This document shows positions 40,427 to 53,101 of a stretch of DNA of 64,000 bases, piece by piece. The DNA lies in the NCBI RefSeq assembly GCF_037042905.1, contig NC_087247.1, positions 17,794,001 through 17,858,000 of the forward strand, read 5' to 3'. This stretch comes from Lytechinus pictus (taxonomy: Eukaryota). Under the pieces are notes generated by a model. It made no database searches and had not been told where the DNA came from. It was given only the letters and a program-made list of their open reading frames with translations. The translations under genes and the position numbers were made by a program. Numbering within the stretch: position 1 is the first letter of the stretch; the number at the start of each line of letters is the position of its first letter.

Positions 40427-41811
40427 CATTTCTTGCATTAATTTCCCCTTTAATTCTATACAGCTTAAAAGACTTGCCCAAAAAACAAATCTTTTTGTTG
40501 AATGTAATGTCTACAAATAGTTGTACATGTACATATTAAACACATTGTTTTTGTTTTTTCAAATCACATAAATCTTTTCACACATGGTTATCAAATGCAT
40601 TCTGAAGCTCTATCAAGGGCAGCTGAACAGAACTTTAGACAATGTTCTCTTCAAACTTTTAAAGAAAGGCCAATCAAGCTGCATTTATACAATTTCATCA
40701 TACTGTTATTTAAAAAAAAGATTAATTAAAAGAAAGGAAGATATTATCTAAATATCTTGTAACAATCTTTCCCCTAGAATTTCAGTCATGTTGGTTTGAA
40801 TTCTCGAAGGTAGTTTTGAATCCAAGGTTATGCACATTTCTTCTCATAATTTTGTATTGCAACTTTAACGCAAGAAAAGTCTAAAAAGTGAATGCACATC
40901 TTTGTAATGGGGTACTCAAAATTTCACACTTGTTGCATTGCAATTTTGAATTGATGGTGTGAACCATAAAGCTTGAATGTAATGAACAAGTGTGATGAAA
41001 ACCTGCATGCATTAATGGACCCTTTCTCAAGTAAAAACTATTCAGTGCATACATGTACATGTACAATCACAGAAACCACAGAAATTACATTTAATTTGTG
41101 TGTTTTGTATACTGTTCTGGCATTTTAAAAAGAAATAAACGATCACGGACATTAGGCCTGGGAGTAAAACTTTAACCATCAAAGCATCTGATTGGTTAAC
41201 CAATAATTGGCAACTGAATACTACATTTTACACTCATCTATATAATGTTCGCCAAATGTGATTACTGATTTGAGATATTTTTTATGTTGTTTATTTCAAG
41301 GTTTGGGTGTATTTTTTGGTTGGGACGATAGGCGCTAACAAATTAAAATCAATTTTACAAGTATATCTCTAGGAATTAACTATATTTCTCCAAGAAAAAA
41401 TATAAATGACACACTTTTCCGACATACCATAATCAGAAAGGCAAATAAAGATAGTAGTTGCCAAAATCTCAGATTATTGCCCATTAGATTTGGACATATA
41501 AAGTGTTTTGACTTCTTCACTGTTAAGAATTAAAACAAGAGTAATTTTTAATGACCATCGATCAATCTGACAAAAAATGACCATCGATCAACCTGACAAA
41601 TTACATACTATCTATGTAAGATTGCGGTCAGCATGAAATCCAAGAATATCAAATGACATTTATGCTAAAATTTAATAGTTCCAAACACTGTATTAATCTG
41701 CACTGGTGACTGCACAAGTGCGCATCATTCAGCTGTGTAAATGTGTGTGTCAAGAGGCACTCTGGCACTATACTGACTCATTCATGACTACCAAGGGGTA
41801 AGGTAAGTTAA

Positions 41812-43257
41812 AGTTGAATTGAGAAGGGGGTGAGTTTCCATAAATATAGGTTCTACATACAATATATAGTATATATAAGTTGTTCAAACACATAGCATGT
41901 CACAATAATCCTCTGCCTTCTCGATATTTTGCTTTGAAAGTCTATGAAATTAGCCACCTGTCAGAGCCCGAGAGACGAGTGTACAGAAAAGTCACTCGGA
42001 GTGTGACGTCACCGGGGGGAATTTAGTACAAGAGGTGCCTGAATGTCATACAGAAATGCTATGCAGAGAGAGAAAGATATTTTACAATTTTTTTTCAAAG
42101 CAACTCAAATCAAATAAATAGGACTGATATGTACAAATCTTTACTTTCCCTGTATAAAAAACAGTATGAATAACCACCATGAACTCTTCAATCATGATGT
42201 AAGATAGCAAACAGTGAGTTATTGAATGATATTTTCACTATTTCTCATTTATTTTATCACGATGTTCAATCAAGTGAGTAGCTGGAAAGTAATTCCGGCG
42301 GCTAGCTCAGCGCGCGCTGAACGCATAATACTAGTACACACAACACCCAGGCATTGAGTGTACTGTTATGGTCTGGTATGTCGACTTAGTTCATGGCCGT
42401 GCAGCGATCCCCTGGCGTTTTTTCTTCTTTTCTTTTGTCTTTGACTCCACTTTTATATCCTCTGGATCATTTCCACTCATAGCTCATTCCACAGAACAAT
42501 CTTGAACCAAACGTTCTTTCTCGGCCTTCTGAGTTGTTTTCTATATTTAATTACGCTAGGGGTCACCGTCACACATACAAACGCAATTCGGAAGTGAGTT
42601 GAAGACAGAAAGATATATAGTAATTAGTATACATCTCTATGGTTGAAGACAACAAGAACGGTACGGTAGCTCGACAGCTAGCTGCGCCGGAGCGGGCGGC
42701 CGGTCGGCACAAAGCAATTCCGCAACCAACTGTGTTTTTTTGCAAGAGCCGCGTCACACGCGGATAAATATGTCATAATAACACGTCTGCTACGTTATCG
42801 ACTGGTGAGAAGATCTCGATCAAATTTCATATTATTCACCTTGAAATTATTCCTTTAGGGTCTATGGTATCATTCTGAGGGAATTCACATATTTGGAATA
42901 ATAGTACGGCCACAAATATTTTAATCATTTCCTCTTTGCAAGTTCTATGGCTCGCAGATACAACTTCAACTGCAGTTATTCCATATGAAGGAGTACGTGC
43001 ATAGTACACAAAACGGCACTGCCTTGATTACTACACCGGGACCGAATACCCCCCGGTGACGTCACACTCAAAGAACACCCGTCTCGGTAGGCATTGCAGG
43101 AGCGAACTCAGGGAAAATGGGTAGGGATAAATCGTTCAAATTCACTATTTTGAAAAAAGAAAATGGGGGGTCGAATCACCTATTAGTGTTTGGGGGGTTG
43201 TAAGGTTGCTATTAATGTAAATATCTCAATATTTGGAATCGTCTTCTTAATTCAACT
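41812..43257. mobile_element. TTAA-flanked 1.45-kb element (Kolobok-like deletion derivative)
   Basis: TTAA-AGTTGAATTGAGAAG ... CTTCTTAATTCAACT-TTAA. Subterminal inverted pair AGTGTGACGTCACCGGGGG / CCCCCGGTGACGTCACACT and a CpG-rich core. Confidence 0.8.
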
Positions 43258-45499
43258 TTAAGTACTGTACATGTAGGTCAACTTTTTTGTGATTTCTGAT
43301 AATCCAGGAATCTTGATTGTTCGAAACATGCAACTAGTTAACAATTGAATGTCATAAAAGGTGTTCGTCTCAGGCCTATTGGACATTCCACTTCGAGAGA
43401 TCTACAGTGTACCTGATAACATAAATCCAAAAATGGTTTCTAATGCTCAATATACATGTATGTTGTGAATACACATTTTAATTGTCATAGCAATCTTTGT
43501 GAGTGTGCATGTAAAGATGAATATCCCAAAGTAAAATGTACTATGCTTGACAAAGACAAAATTCAAATAAGAAGAGGTACATGTAATAATGCAACATCAA
43601 ATTTGACCAGCCAGCCCAAAATAGCTAAAAATAGTAATTTGGTCTTCAAAAAGCAAAAGTATGAAAATTAGCATAATATACTGCCCTCAAAATGTTTAAA
43701 TTTTGAGATATGAGATTTTATCAGCCCAGCCACAATAATATTGAAAGAGTAATTCTTCTTCTTCATACTGTGAAAATTTCAAGTTGTTAAGTTGAATAGA
43801 AAACAAGATACAACAGTTTCTTTATCTGGAAGAGTAAATCTTCTTCATACTGTGAAGAAAACAATATGAATCAGTTTCTTTTCAAGACACAAGTTTTTTA
43901 GACTGCTTGGAAGCTTCACTGAGATTGCAGTGTGCACATCTTATGCTTGAGTAAACCTCAAGAGAAGTGAACTTCTAAACCTTGTTTTCTCCTTTTTTTT
44001 TAAGCTCTCACTGAGTTTCTTTTGCATTTAATCAAGTACTTTTGTGGGTAATTGTTGATCAATTTTGACAAGCTAGACATTTTTAAAAAGGCTTCATGAG
44101 GATGTGCTTTTTCAAACTCAATCAAAATCTAAAAATTCATTTTTAGTAACTTAATGTTGGTTTTGATGTGGCTGGTCACAAATATTTTGTCCAGACCTAC
44201 ATGTACATTAAACGTAGACACAACCACAACAAAAAGGAAGCAGCACACTGACTGGTAACTTCACAAATCTCTATTCAGATGGCAGCCATACTTCTTCCGC
44301 TCTTCTGACCAGTATAAAATTTTGTTGCTGTAGCAGTGGTACATATTTCTAGTTTCAAATTAACCATTGTAACACTGCTTACCGGGGGGAATACGAAGAT
44401 CATTGACAAGGGTGTACCTTCAGTCTCTTCTCTCCTATTTTTGCAAGGGGGGGGGTCTGCATACCCAACTGAATAAATTATGTGCATCATGATTCAAGGA
44501 TGATGCAATCACTGGTTAATTCATTGCTTTCACTTCTTAATCATGATTTTTGTTCATTGTCTTGACCCGAGGCAAGTTCTTTCAATAAATTTAAGCTTGT
44601 CACAGCTGGATCAAACATTTTAAATTTGAAGGAATGAAAAGAAAGATGGGTTGTACACATACTATTTCAGATATTAAAATATTCATCTATATACAAAGGA
44701 CAATTCGATTTGGACTTCGAACTACTCCTTTGATAAACATGAATTTGAATAAAAGCTCAAACCCATTATTGAATTAAACCTGATTCTCTGTATAAAGACT
44801 CAATACACAACACATTGTCCACTTTGTCCACTTTTGAGATTAGTAGATAAGCAAACATTTAAATGCTCTAGTTGTCACAGTTTAGGTTCACAGTTTTCAG
44901 GCCCATATCAATCTACTTCCGCTTCAATTGGCAGCAATTAATAATTTTTTTCAATTTGCATACTACTACAAAGTTGATGTTATTGACTTTCTGTACACTC
45001 TAGTTTATATTGACTGGATCGAGTGCCGTTATCAGTAAGAACATTCTGTCAATTATCGGTAAATATATCTTACTGATATATACATAAGAACATTTTATTA
45101 ATAGGTGACAATTCCATTAATTATACAGAAAATCAATACACATTGCATTGATTAGCGGTGTCACAATACTCGCGCTGGTCAAAATTTGTATCTGCCACTG
45201 TACCAACAAGGCTTTAAAATCCGTGTTCATCAAATCTAAACGAGTATATAACATATTTTAAGAAACATATTTAGCATCAGTGGCGTACCTAGGATTTTCC
45301 ACAGGGGGGGCAAAACCGTCCGCCAAAGAATTTGACAAGCAAAGAAAAATTGAAAATGTCCCAACTTTTTTTTATTATACATCTGATTTTAATGAAAGTT
45401 TTCAGCAACATGCTTGTTTGATTGCTCTTCATTCAAATGAACTTTTTTGTTAGGGGTGGACTTTTCCTTTAACAGATGACAAATACAGATATCACTTAC

Positions 45500-45713
45500 A
45501 TTTGCTTTGATGATACCAGCTGCTATTAAGACACCAATACTCTGAATGAGATCACCAATAACATGGATAAAAGCTGCTCTAACATTAATATTCTTTTTAT
45601 CATGTTTGCTGTTTTTGCCCCCTTCTGCATCCTCCTCCACCAGATGCTGATGGCCTCCCCCACCCCCATGACTGTGTAGGTGGCCTCCACCTGCCTGCAA
45701 AATGATGATTAAT
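45500..45713 (-). CDS. SLC30A2: SLC30 zinc transporter exon (His-rich loop and TM5 HxxxD), 214 bp
   Basis: CAG acceptor, GTAAGT donor. Translates LIIILQAGGGHLHSHGGGGGHQHLVEEDAEGGKNSKHDKKNINVRAAFIHVIGDLIQSIGVLIAAGIIKAN. Confidence 0.95.
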
Positions 45714-45821
45714 CTGGAAAAAAAGGACAAAGAAGAGTATTTAATGTTTAGAGAGTTTCATAATCAGACAGTTCTCCATTTTACACATATAGCAACAGAT
45801 TGTTCACTGAGGTAGGAAAAA

Positions 45822-46296
45822 CGGTTACACTTCGTAATTCCGAAGGTTCGTAATTCCGAAGGTTCTTTATTTCGAAGGTTCGTAATTCCGAAACACGTAA
45901 ATTGCCTATACCTCGATGTTCGTTAATCCGAAAACGTAAAAGGGTTAGTTAATCCGAACATTTGTGGCGTTATTCCGAAGGTTCGATAATCCGAAAACGA
46001 AATAAGGTTCGTTGTTCCGAAGGTTCGTTAATCCGAAAACAAAATAAGGTTCGTTGTTCCGAAGGTTCGTTAGTCCGAAAACGAAATAAAGTTTGTTAAT
46101 CATTTCGTTTTCGGACTAACGAACCTTCAGAATTTCGAACCTCATTACGTTTTCGGATTAACGAACCTTCGGAATTACGAACCTCACTTCGTTTTCGGAC
46201 TAACGAACCTTCGGAATTACGAACCTTCGGAATAACGAACCTTCGAAATATCCGAACCTTCGGAATAACGAAGCTTCGGAATTACGAATGTATGCG
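45822..46296. mobile_element. Palindromic MITE of tandem TTCCGAAGGTTCG units
   Basis: The left array is mirrored by a CGAACCTTCGGAA array; GGAAAAA is duplicated on both flanks. Confidence 0.88.
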
Positions 46297-48062
46297 GGAA
46301 AAACAACCTAAATGTACTGTTCTCCATGTACATGATTCTTTTCATTACATTTCTTCATTATCAATTTGATTTTCCTGAATCTTGGAGAAATACATACATG
46401 TACTGTACATGATATATTATCAAGGTATGGCAAAATCAATCATAGCATAGATTGCATTGAGATACTTGTCAATCCACAAAGACTGGGTTTCAACTTGAGC
46501 TGATGGAAAACAAACGATTTATTACATGTACGTATCTAATAAGGCACTTAAGAACCACTTGGCCAGCATAAAGTCAGGTATAATAACTTCCACACAGTTT
46601 TAATGTACACACCAGTGAGTACGCCTCTCTGTAGGACAGATGTGCATATTTATTCACTGATAACAATGACAACTTTATATCCATGTCTCAGTTTGCAGAA
46701 TAAAAAGAAGTGAACTTTGGAATAGTGTATGATCTTCAAGACCCATTACTTTGCGCATCTATCCTACAAGTAATTAGGCAATCATAAACATATACTCTGT
46801 CTTGTCCTGTGCTATTTGATTTGTCTATTTACAAGCTATTCAACATATTCATTGCCACTGTAGTTTAATTGTATCTCTGTGTTTCAAGAGTTCAAGTGAA
46901 TACATGTGAATGTACTTGTATACTGTGTACAAAGTCACATCTGCTGTAAAGTAGGTAAATTTCTCACTGTCTACAGACGACAAAGTGAAAGTCCCATGTA
47001 CATTCATGGACCTGTATACTCATCATGCAGAATATTTTAGTATTGAGTGACATGAGTCAATAAAAACAAAATGACTTGCAATCCTGACATTTCAAGACTC
47101 TATCATCATGCATTAGTTGACACCTAACACTTGTTCACTTACATTGCAACATGCACAGTACATGAATCCCATTTTTCTGTTTTCTGAACACCTACATGTA
47201 CAGGCAAATTCTATATTCAGTGTAAAATTCAACTTCTGTTCTTATATTATTAGGAGATATTAAAGAAGATATACGATAAAATCAATTTAAATTGGCAAAA
47301 TCTGTTCAAAACACTATATGTAAAAGCTACAAACAGGTTGGATATTTTCACCGGCATACAATTTTGCTTCCAGGTGGGATTTGCAATGATAAGTTCAGTT
47401 GTTGCATTCAACGGAATCCCCACCCCAAAAAATAAGTTTCTGAGAAATTGTGAATTCCATGCAAATATTCTGTATTCCATATGATCAGAAAACTAGGGGT
47501 GTAGATCAAGAATGACATCCATTTCCTCAACAACTTCTGCGGTTTTACTTCAAATCTTAAACTCCTAAGTAAAATCAATCATTCTGTAAAAAGAGTATAA
47601 ATATGCTGGCACATGTTGTGATATAGCTATTCTTGTCCATTTAAAAATTCAGTGTTTGTGCACATGCAGGGTTTACCTGAATGCAATTACATACTAGTCA
47701 GTTCATGGATTCTTTCTGAGATTACCTTGTATTTGGAGTAATATAGGGTCAGAGAGAAAAGAGTGGGTGGGTGGGGGTGGGGCATTACAGGGGCTATTAT
47801 TATTATGCCTTGCTCCCTTTTATAATCTACATAAATGTATGTAAAGAGTTCCTGGAATCTCTGCAGTAATTACAAATCAAAGAAAATAATGCCATCATCA
47901 GTAGCAACATCTTCAATGATTACTTGTCATTATTACATGAATTAACATCTCTATTGTCAGCATTATTATGAATATTTTCTTTATTCAATATTCCAAAATC
48001 TCACAGTTTTGGTACCATTAGGTACATGTATGCCAATGAAACCGCTAAAGCATACCATTTCT

Positions 48063-48337
48063 GGGGCCCCTCTTACAAAGAGTTACGATTGATCCGAATC
48101 AATCACAACTATGGACGGCCAGAAATGTCAACATCTAAAATGCATGAATGTTAAAAATGTTTTCTAGAAATGACGTAAATTACATAAATTCATTGTTTTC
48201 TTGATATTATGGTCTGCTCTCCTTTGTTTACAAAGGACATTTTGAAAATTTTATATAGAAAAAATTATGACACTGATGGATTTCCATAGAGTAAACGATC
48301 GATTGGATCAATCGTAACTCTTTGTAAGACGGGGCCC
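48063..48337. mobile_element. MITE (Harbinger-like GGGC termini)
   Basis: TCTTACAAAGAGTTACGATTGATCC ... GGATCAATCGTAACTCTTTGTAAGA. Confidence 0.8.
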
Positions 48338-48428
48338 AGGTCACACCTTATCTGTGCATAGCCATTTCCCATTTTCATCTCCTGATTTTTGTATGGCTGT
48401 TAATATACCATTTTATGCATGTACTCAC

Positions 48429-48582
48429 ATAATATTGATGACCACTCCGATTCCAGAAGTAATAAGCATAATATTGGGTTCTATTTTATATTCATCGTTG
48501 ATAATCCTCAAGACAGCCAGATAACACAGAATTCCAGTCACAATCCAGATTATTAGCACGCTTATTACGGCACCAAGGACCT
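48429..48582 (-). CDS. SLC30A2: SLC30 zinc transporter exon (TM3-TM4), 154 bp
   Basis: TAG acceptor, GTGAGT donor. Translates (E)VLGAVISVLIIWIVTGILCYLAVLRIINDEYKIEPNIMLITSGIGVVINI; phases 1 and 2 fit the neighbouring exons. Confidence 0.95.
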
Positions 48583-49372
48583 CTAGAATTGCAGAGACAG
48601 AAAAGGAGATAAAATTCAAGATATCAAATAAGTGTCCATTGCACTTTTACTCCATACAATGATTTTTCACCCTGATACCAAAGAATCACAATATGCTTTA
48701 GGCCATAATATATTCCACTGAATACCAAAGCCTTGAATAAGGATGAGGTCCATGCCAAAGGCAGATGAAACTCTTTAATGGAAAACTTTAATGCATTTTT
48801 TCTCTAACTAATTTCACAGTAGTAATAATGGAAGATGACCATGATTTCAAACAATACATTTTTTAAAATCCAAGTATCTTCTCCCAGTTTAGGGGAGAAT
48901 TGCATCTCTCCTCTATATGAAGGCATATCTTCTATCATTCTGGTCCACTCTTGAAGTTTTAATTCACTCCAATTCTTGACATTCTTTTTCTAGTTTATTC
49001 TGGGCCTCCCTTATAGTTCCCTATACTCTTTCATCTAATTTACTAGTATCTTTGACAAGGCTTTCATGCTGTTTAACATTGCCAAAGTATCTAACTTTTT
49101 TTTAACTATCCCTTCCCATATTTACATTATTTATCTGTTACCGTGTGCAATATTTCATTATTGGTTTCCATTCATTTTCAAGATGAATTTCTTGCTGAGG
49201 GTAAATAATGCTATGGCTGGGATTTGAAACCAAAGACAAGTGTCGGAACCACTAGACCACAATGCTTCCACACAATATAATCAAAATTTCTGTCAAATCC
49301 CTTGTCTTCATCGAACGAGTCATTCCTGAAAAAAAAAACCTTCACAGGAAGTCTAAACAAACCCCTATATAC

Positions 49373-49519
49373 CTGCTCTATAGTAGCCAAATGACATCCT
49401 CGTTGTAGCTGGTCTCTTGGCAACCCACAGGGCAAAGATGCTGATAAGGAAACTTGCGAAGTCACTTAGAAGATGGGCAGCATCAGTCATAATAGCCAAA
49501 CTATTGGCAAGTGAACCCC
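49373..49519 (-). CDS. SLC30A2: SLC30 zinc transporter exon (TM2, HxxxD motif), 147 bp
   Basis: CAG acceptor and GT donor. Translates (G)GSLANSLAIMTDAAHLLSDFASFLISIFALWVAKRPATTRMSFGYYRA(E), the CDF signature with HLLSD. Confidence 0.95.
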
Positions 49520-49723
49520 CTGAAAGATAAACGAAACATTTAGTGGAAATTAAGCATACAATACCAAGATTTCTAGCTCATCTTTTGGATAAAAAAAGAG
49601 GAGTAGATGTACACATGTACATGTATGCTACTGTACATGGTCACATTTGGTCTCAGGGATAGCATAAAACTTTGGCCAAATAAATTTCAAAGTCTATACT
49701 ACATGTAGTTAGCAATCATTATA

Positions 49724-50144
49724 CAGACCTGTCAACCTTCTACAACAAAAAAAGGTATTCTAGTAGGAAAAAACTTATTTTTTGACAAAAAGAGTATTTT
49801 TGAAAATTTGTCTCAACGTAACAATCGCCAGCCTGTTGTAGTGAGATCGGTGAAAAAAACATGTGAAATTACTCTACTTGAAAACTTGATAATTCACCAT
49901 TTTAAACAGGTGCACGTTGGCAAGGATTTACTTGTTCATTTCATGCAACAAGTTACTTGCCCGACAGTGATTTTTACCGGTCTGGGACTGTCGGACCGGC
50001 GCTAGCGTCCCGCGCTGCGTATAATACATACTCCATGATCGGAAATTTAAAAAGAAGTAACAAATCATACAAAGAAGCGTATTGCCGTATTCATAGCAAA
50101 AAAGAGAAACAAATACTCTAAAAAGGGAATGGTTGGCATGTCTG
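49724..50144. mobile_element. MITE with CAGAC termini
   Basis: CAGACCTGTCAACC ... GGTTGGCATGTCTG, with ATTATA on both flanks. Confidence 0.65.
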
Positions 50145-51645
50145 ATTATAATTTTAAAACTGAAACTAAATTGGGGTATATTTCAATAGGTCCCTATACA
50201 TGTCAAGCTCATACATGTAGCAAAAAAGGAAAATAAATTTCCAAGACTTCTTAATAGAAATAACTCCCTCCACCATGGTCCATGGACCCTATCGCTACCT
50301 TAGATTTATTTAAATCCGCCATACCTTACGCACAAGCTTGCGCTCAAAAAGATGTACACGCCTGTATACCCTGTGATGTAGCTTGCTTGCTCGCTCACTC
50401 AGCTGATGGCTCATGCGCACTTTGGAAGTAAGTTTTGAAGTCTGGAAGTCAAATGACTAGAAAGCTGCTATACAGCTCATTGAAAAAAAAACAAAAAAAC
50501 ACACACACAAAATGCAACATGCAAAAACAAATGAATACATTAACTTTGAATTTTAAAATGAGTCTGAAATACATTTTACATGACATACATGTAGTGTTTG
50601 TACAGAACACGTGTGTATGATTGTAAATCCTACATCCATTATTAAAAGGGAATGAAACCATGGGGAATAATTATTTTAATGAAAATAGAGAATAGAGTAC
50701 TTTAGCAACTTAAAACAAACGATCCATTAAAATCATTTACATAATGAGAAAGTTATGAAAGTTTGAAAGGTCTATATTAAAGGTTATTAGACGATTCTCA
50801 AATTGGCAAAGTTGATCCATTGTGATAGGTATTAGTAATATTACAACTACCCTCTACAGTGTATATAATGATTTGTTGATTTGTAACTTTCACATCCTCA
50901 TTACCTCTCAAAGTACATCATGTACGGTATACATGTAGCTTGATTTCTTCTCAGCTACTTTCTATCCGCAGAGATAATAACACACCCTTAATGCGTACTA
51001 GGATAACGGATACTGTCCTTTTTATAGACAGGTGAAGACATCTTGCCTGCAGGATGAAGACAAGGTCAATTTGAAGAAAACTAGAAATATCACTGAAGGT
51101 CATTAATACCCGGCCCTAATGCATTACCATGGTAATGCAGTTAGAAAATCTTGCATGCCCTTTATGTACTTGTATGTGCCGGCCAACTTTCATGAGCACT
51201 GGCTAAAAATTGGGAAAGGAGTTTAATCCAAAATGAGTTTTCCTGGATTTTTTTCTATATGTGGCAACACAATTTCTGACAAATGCACAAAAAATGTGTC
51301 TTGCACATCATTCCCCCAATTTGTGTGCTGAATTTCATGAGAATTGCTTAAGAATTGAGGAAATAGGTCAATACCGGTACTCAAGATTTTCAATGAACCG
51401 ACCGACCATTGGACCTTAAGCAGATTCCTATATGAATACCCCCTTCAAACTTTGTTAAGCAGGTTTAAAAAAAAAAAGGTTTTTAACAAAAAATTAAGGG
51501 AATTTCATCCACGAAAAAAGGGGGGGGGGCACACTTCTGTTTTAACTGGATTTTTACATTACAAATTTTAATTGTGCCTCTCAAAAGGGGGGCACGGCTG
51601 GCTGTGCCCCCCCCCCCCTGGATCCGCCAGTGAGCAGGGATATAA

Positions 51646-51921
51646 GTGGAGCGTTGTGGCCCAGTGGATTAGTCTTCGGACTTTGAAACAGAGGGTCGTG
51701 GGTTCGAATCCCAGCCATGGCGTAATTTCCTTCGGCAAGAAACTGATCCACAATGTGCTGCACTCAAACCAGGTGAGGTAAATGGGTACCGGTAGGAAGT
51801 AATTCCTTAAAAAGCTGTGTGCGCTATGAACACCTAGCTTAGCCGGGTAATATAGGAGCGCCTTGAGCACCTAACAAGGTGGATATGTGCGCAATATAAA
51901 TACCCTATATTATTATTATTA
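51646..51921 (+). mobile_element. tRNA-derived SINE, same family as 5202-5489
   Basis: Only a few substitutions relative to the 5202 copy; pol III A/B boxes and an (ATT)n tail. Confidence 0.92.
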
Positions 51922-52143
51922 CATGTACCTAAAATAGACAGATTTTGCCTACCGTTTGTGGAAGCTCATTTAAATAGAGAAGATGTCAAGAAAATGCGAT
52001 GTACTAGAACAGGAAGCAGATACAATTTATTTTAAAAAGATGAATAATTGTGAGGGTTGAAGAATAACATTTGAAAACAATTTTTCTGGAACACGTGTAC
52101 AGGCCAAAAGAAAATGTTACCAATATACAATGTGTACTGGTGT

Positions 52144-52330
52144 ATTGGCTCAGTTGGTAGAGCGTTCACCTCACAACTGAGAGGTCGGGACTTCAAGCCC
52201 AGCAGCGTCAGACCATGGACCTAGGTACATGCCAATCCTGTTTGGCCTTCAACAATTCTTAAGGGATAGAGCAACGTCGATCTGGCCCTGCTCAGTGGCT
52301 GCTGGGCCCACGATCAATCAGGCAAAATGT
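52144..52330 (+). mobile_element. Degenerate tRNA-headed SINE fragment
   Basis: ATTGGCTCAGTTGGTAGAGCG..GAGGTCGGGACTTCAAGCCC gives a tRNA-like head without a proper acceptor stem. Confidence 0.6.
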
Positions 52331-52941
52331 ATTTTTGGAATGGTGACACTGTAACACTTTCTTATAAATTATGCGACAATTGCTCCACGATTAATTTCGT
52401 GTAAGATGTACCGTACTGTAGGGTTAGGGTTGCAATAGGGTTTTACAAACAAAGGTGTAGGGTTACATGTAGGTATACTGTAGTGTTAAACCCAGAATGA
52501 AGTTGGCCATTCCATTAGTGTGAGGAGTTTCAGGAGAGTGGAGCAATTGTTGCTAAAGCAAATGTCATAGAACCTCTGGAGTATTTACATTCTGATTTCT
52601 ACACCAATAAAATGTAAGTATCATTATTATTATCAAATTATTTCCCTCGTCTATGACAAGTACTAGCCTACATTGCCTATGTATGAATAATGAGTCTAAA
52701 ACTACATGGTATTTTGTACAATTGTACTTCACCCACCCCCGCCCCCCCCCCCAAAAAAAAAAAAAGCAGAGCAGACTGACACATCAACTGTCATAACTAA
52801 ACAAAGTCTTTTAAGTATTACGCATGTAGCCTTCATCCTCAAGATATACAGTAGACATGCACACACAGCATGTACATACATGTACTTGTAAAACCAGAGG
52901 ACAATAATTTAAAGTTTAAAAGTTCAGTCGAGTGTCAAATC

Positions 52942-53101
52942 GGTAATTTACACTTCATTATGTACACAATAGATATCAGGCCCTGTTTTCATAAACACTA
53001 CAATGGATCATTTAATGACTGGGTAATTTATACTTCATTATGTACACAATAGATATCAGGCCCTGTTTTCATAAACACTACAATGGATCATTTAATGACT
53101 G
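52942..53101 (+). repeat. 80-bp tandem duplication
   Basis: Copies at 52942-53021 and 53022-53101 differ at about one position. Confidence 0.92.

Noticed and set aside
45822-46296. Regular short repeats resembling a CRISPR array
   Set aside because: There are no unique spacers, the array is mirrored as a palindrome with a TSD, it lies in a eukaryotic intron, and there are no cas genes. It is a MITE.
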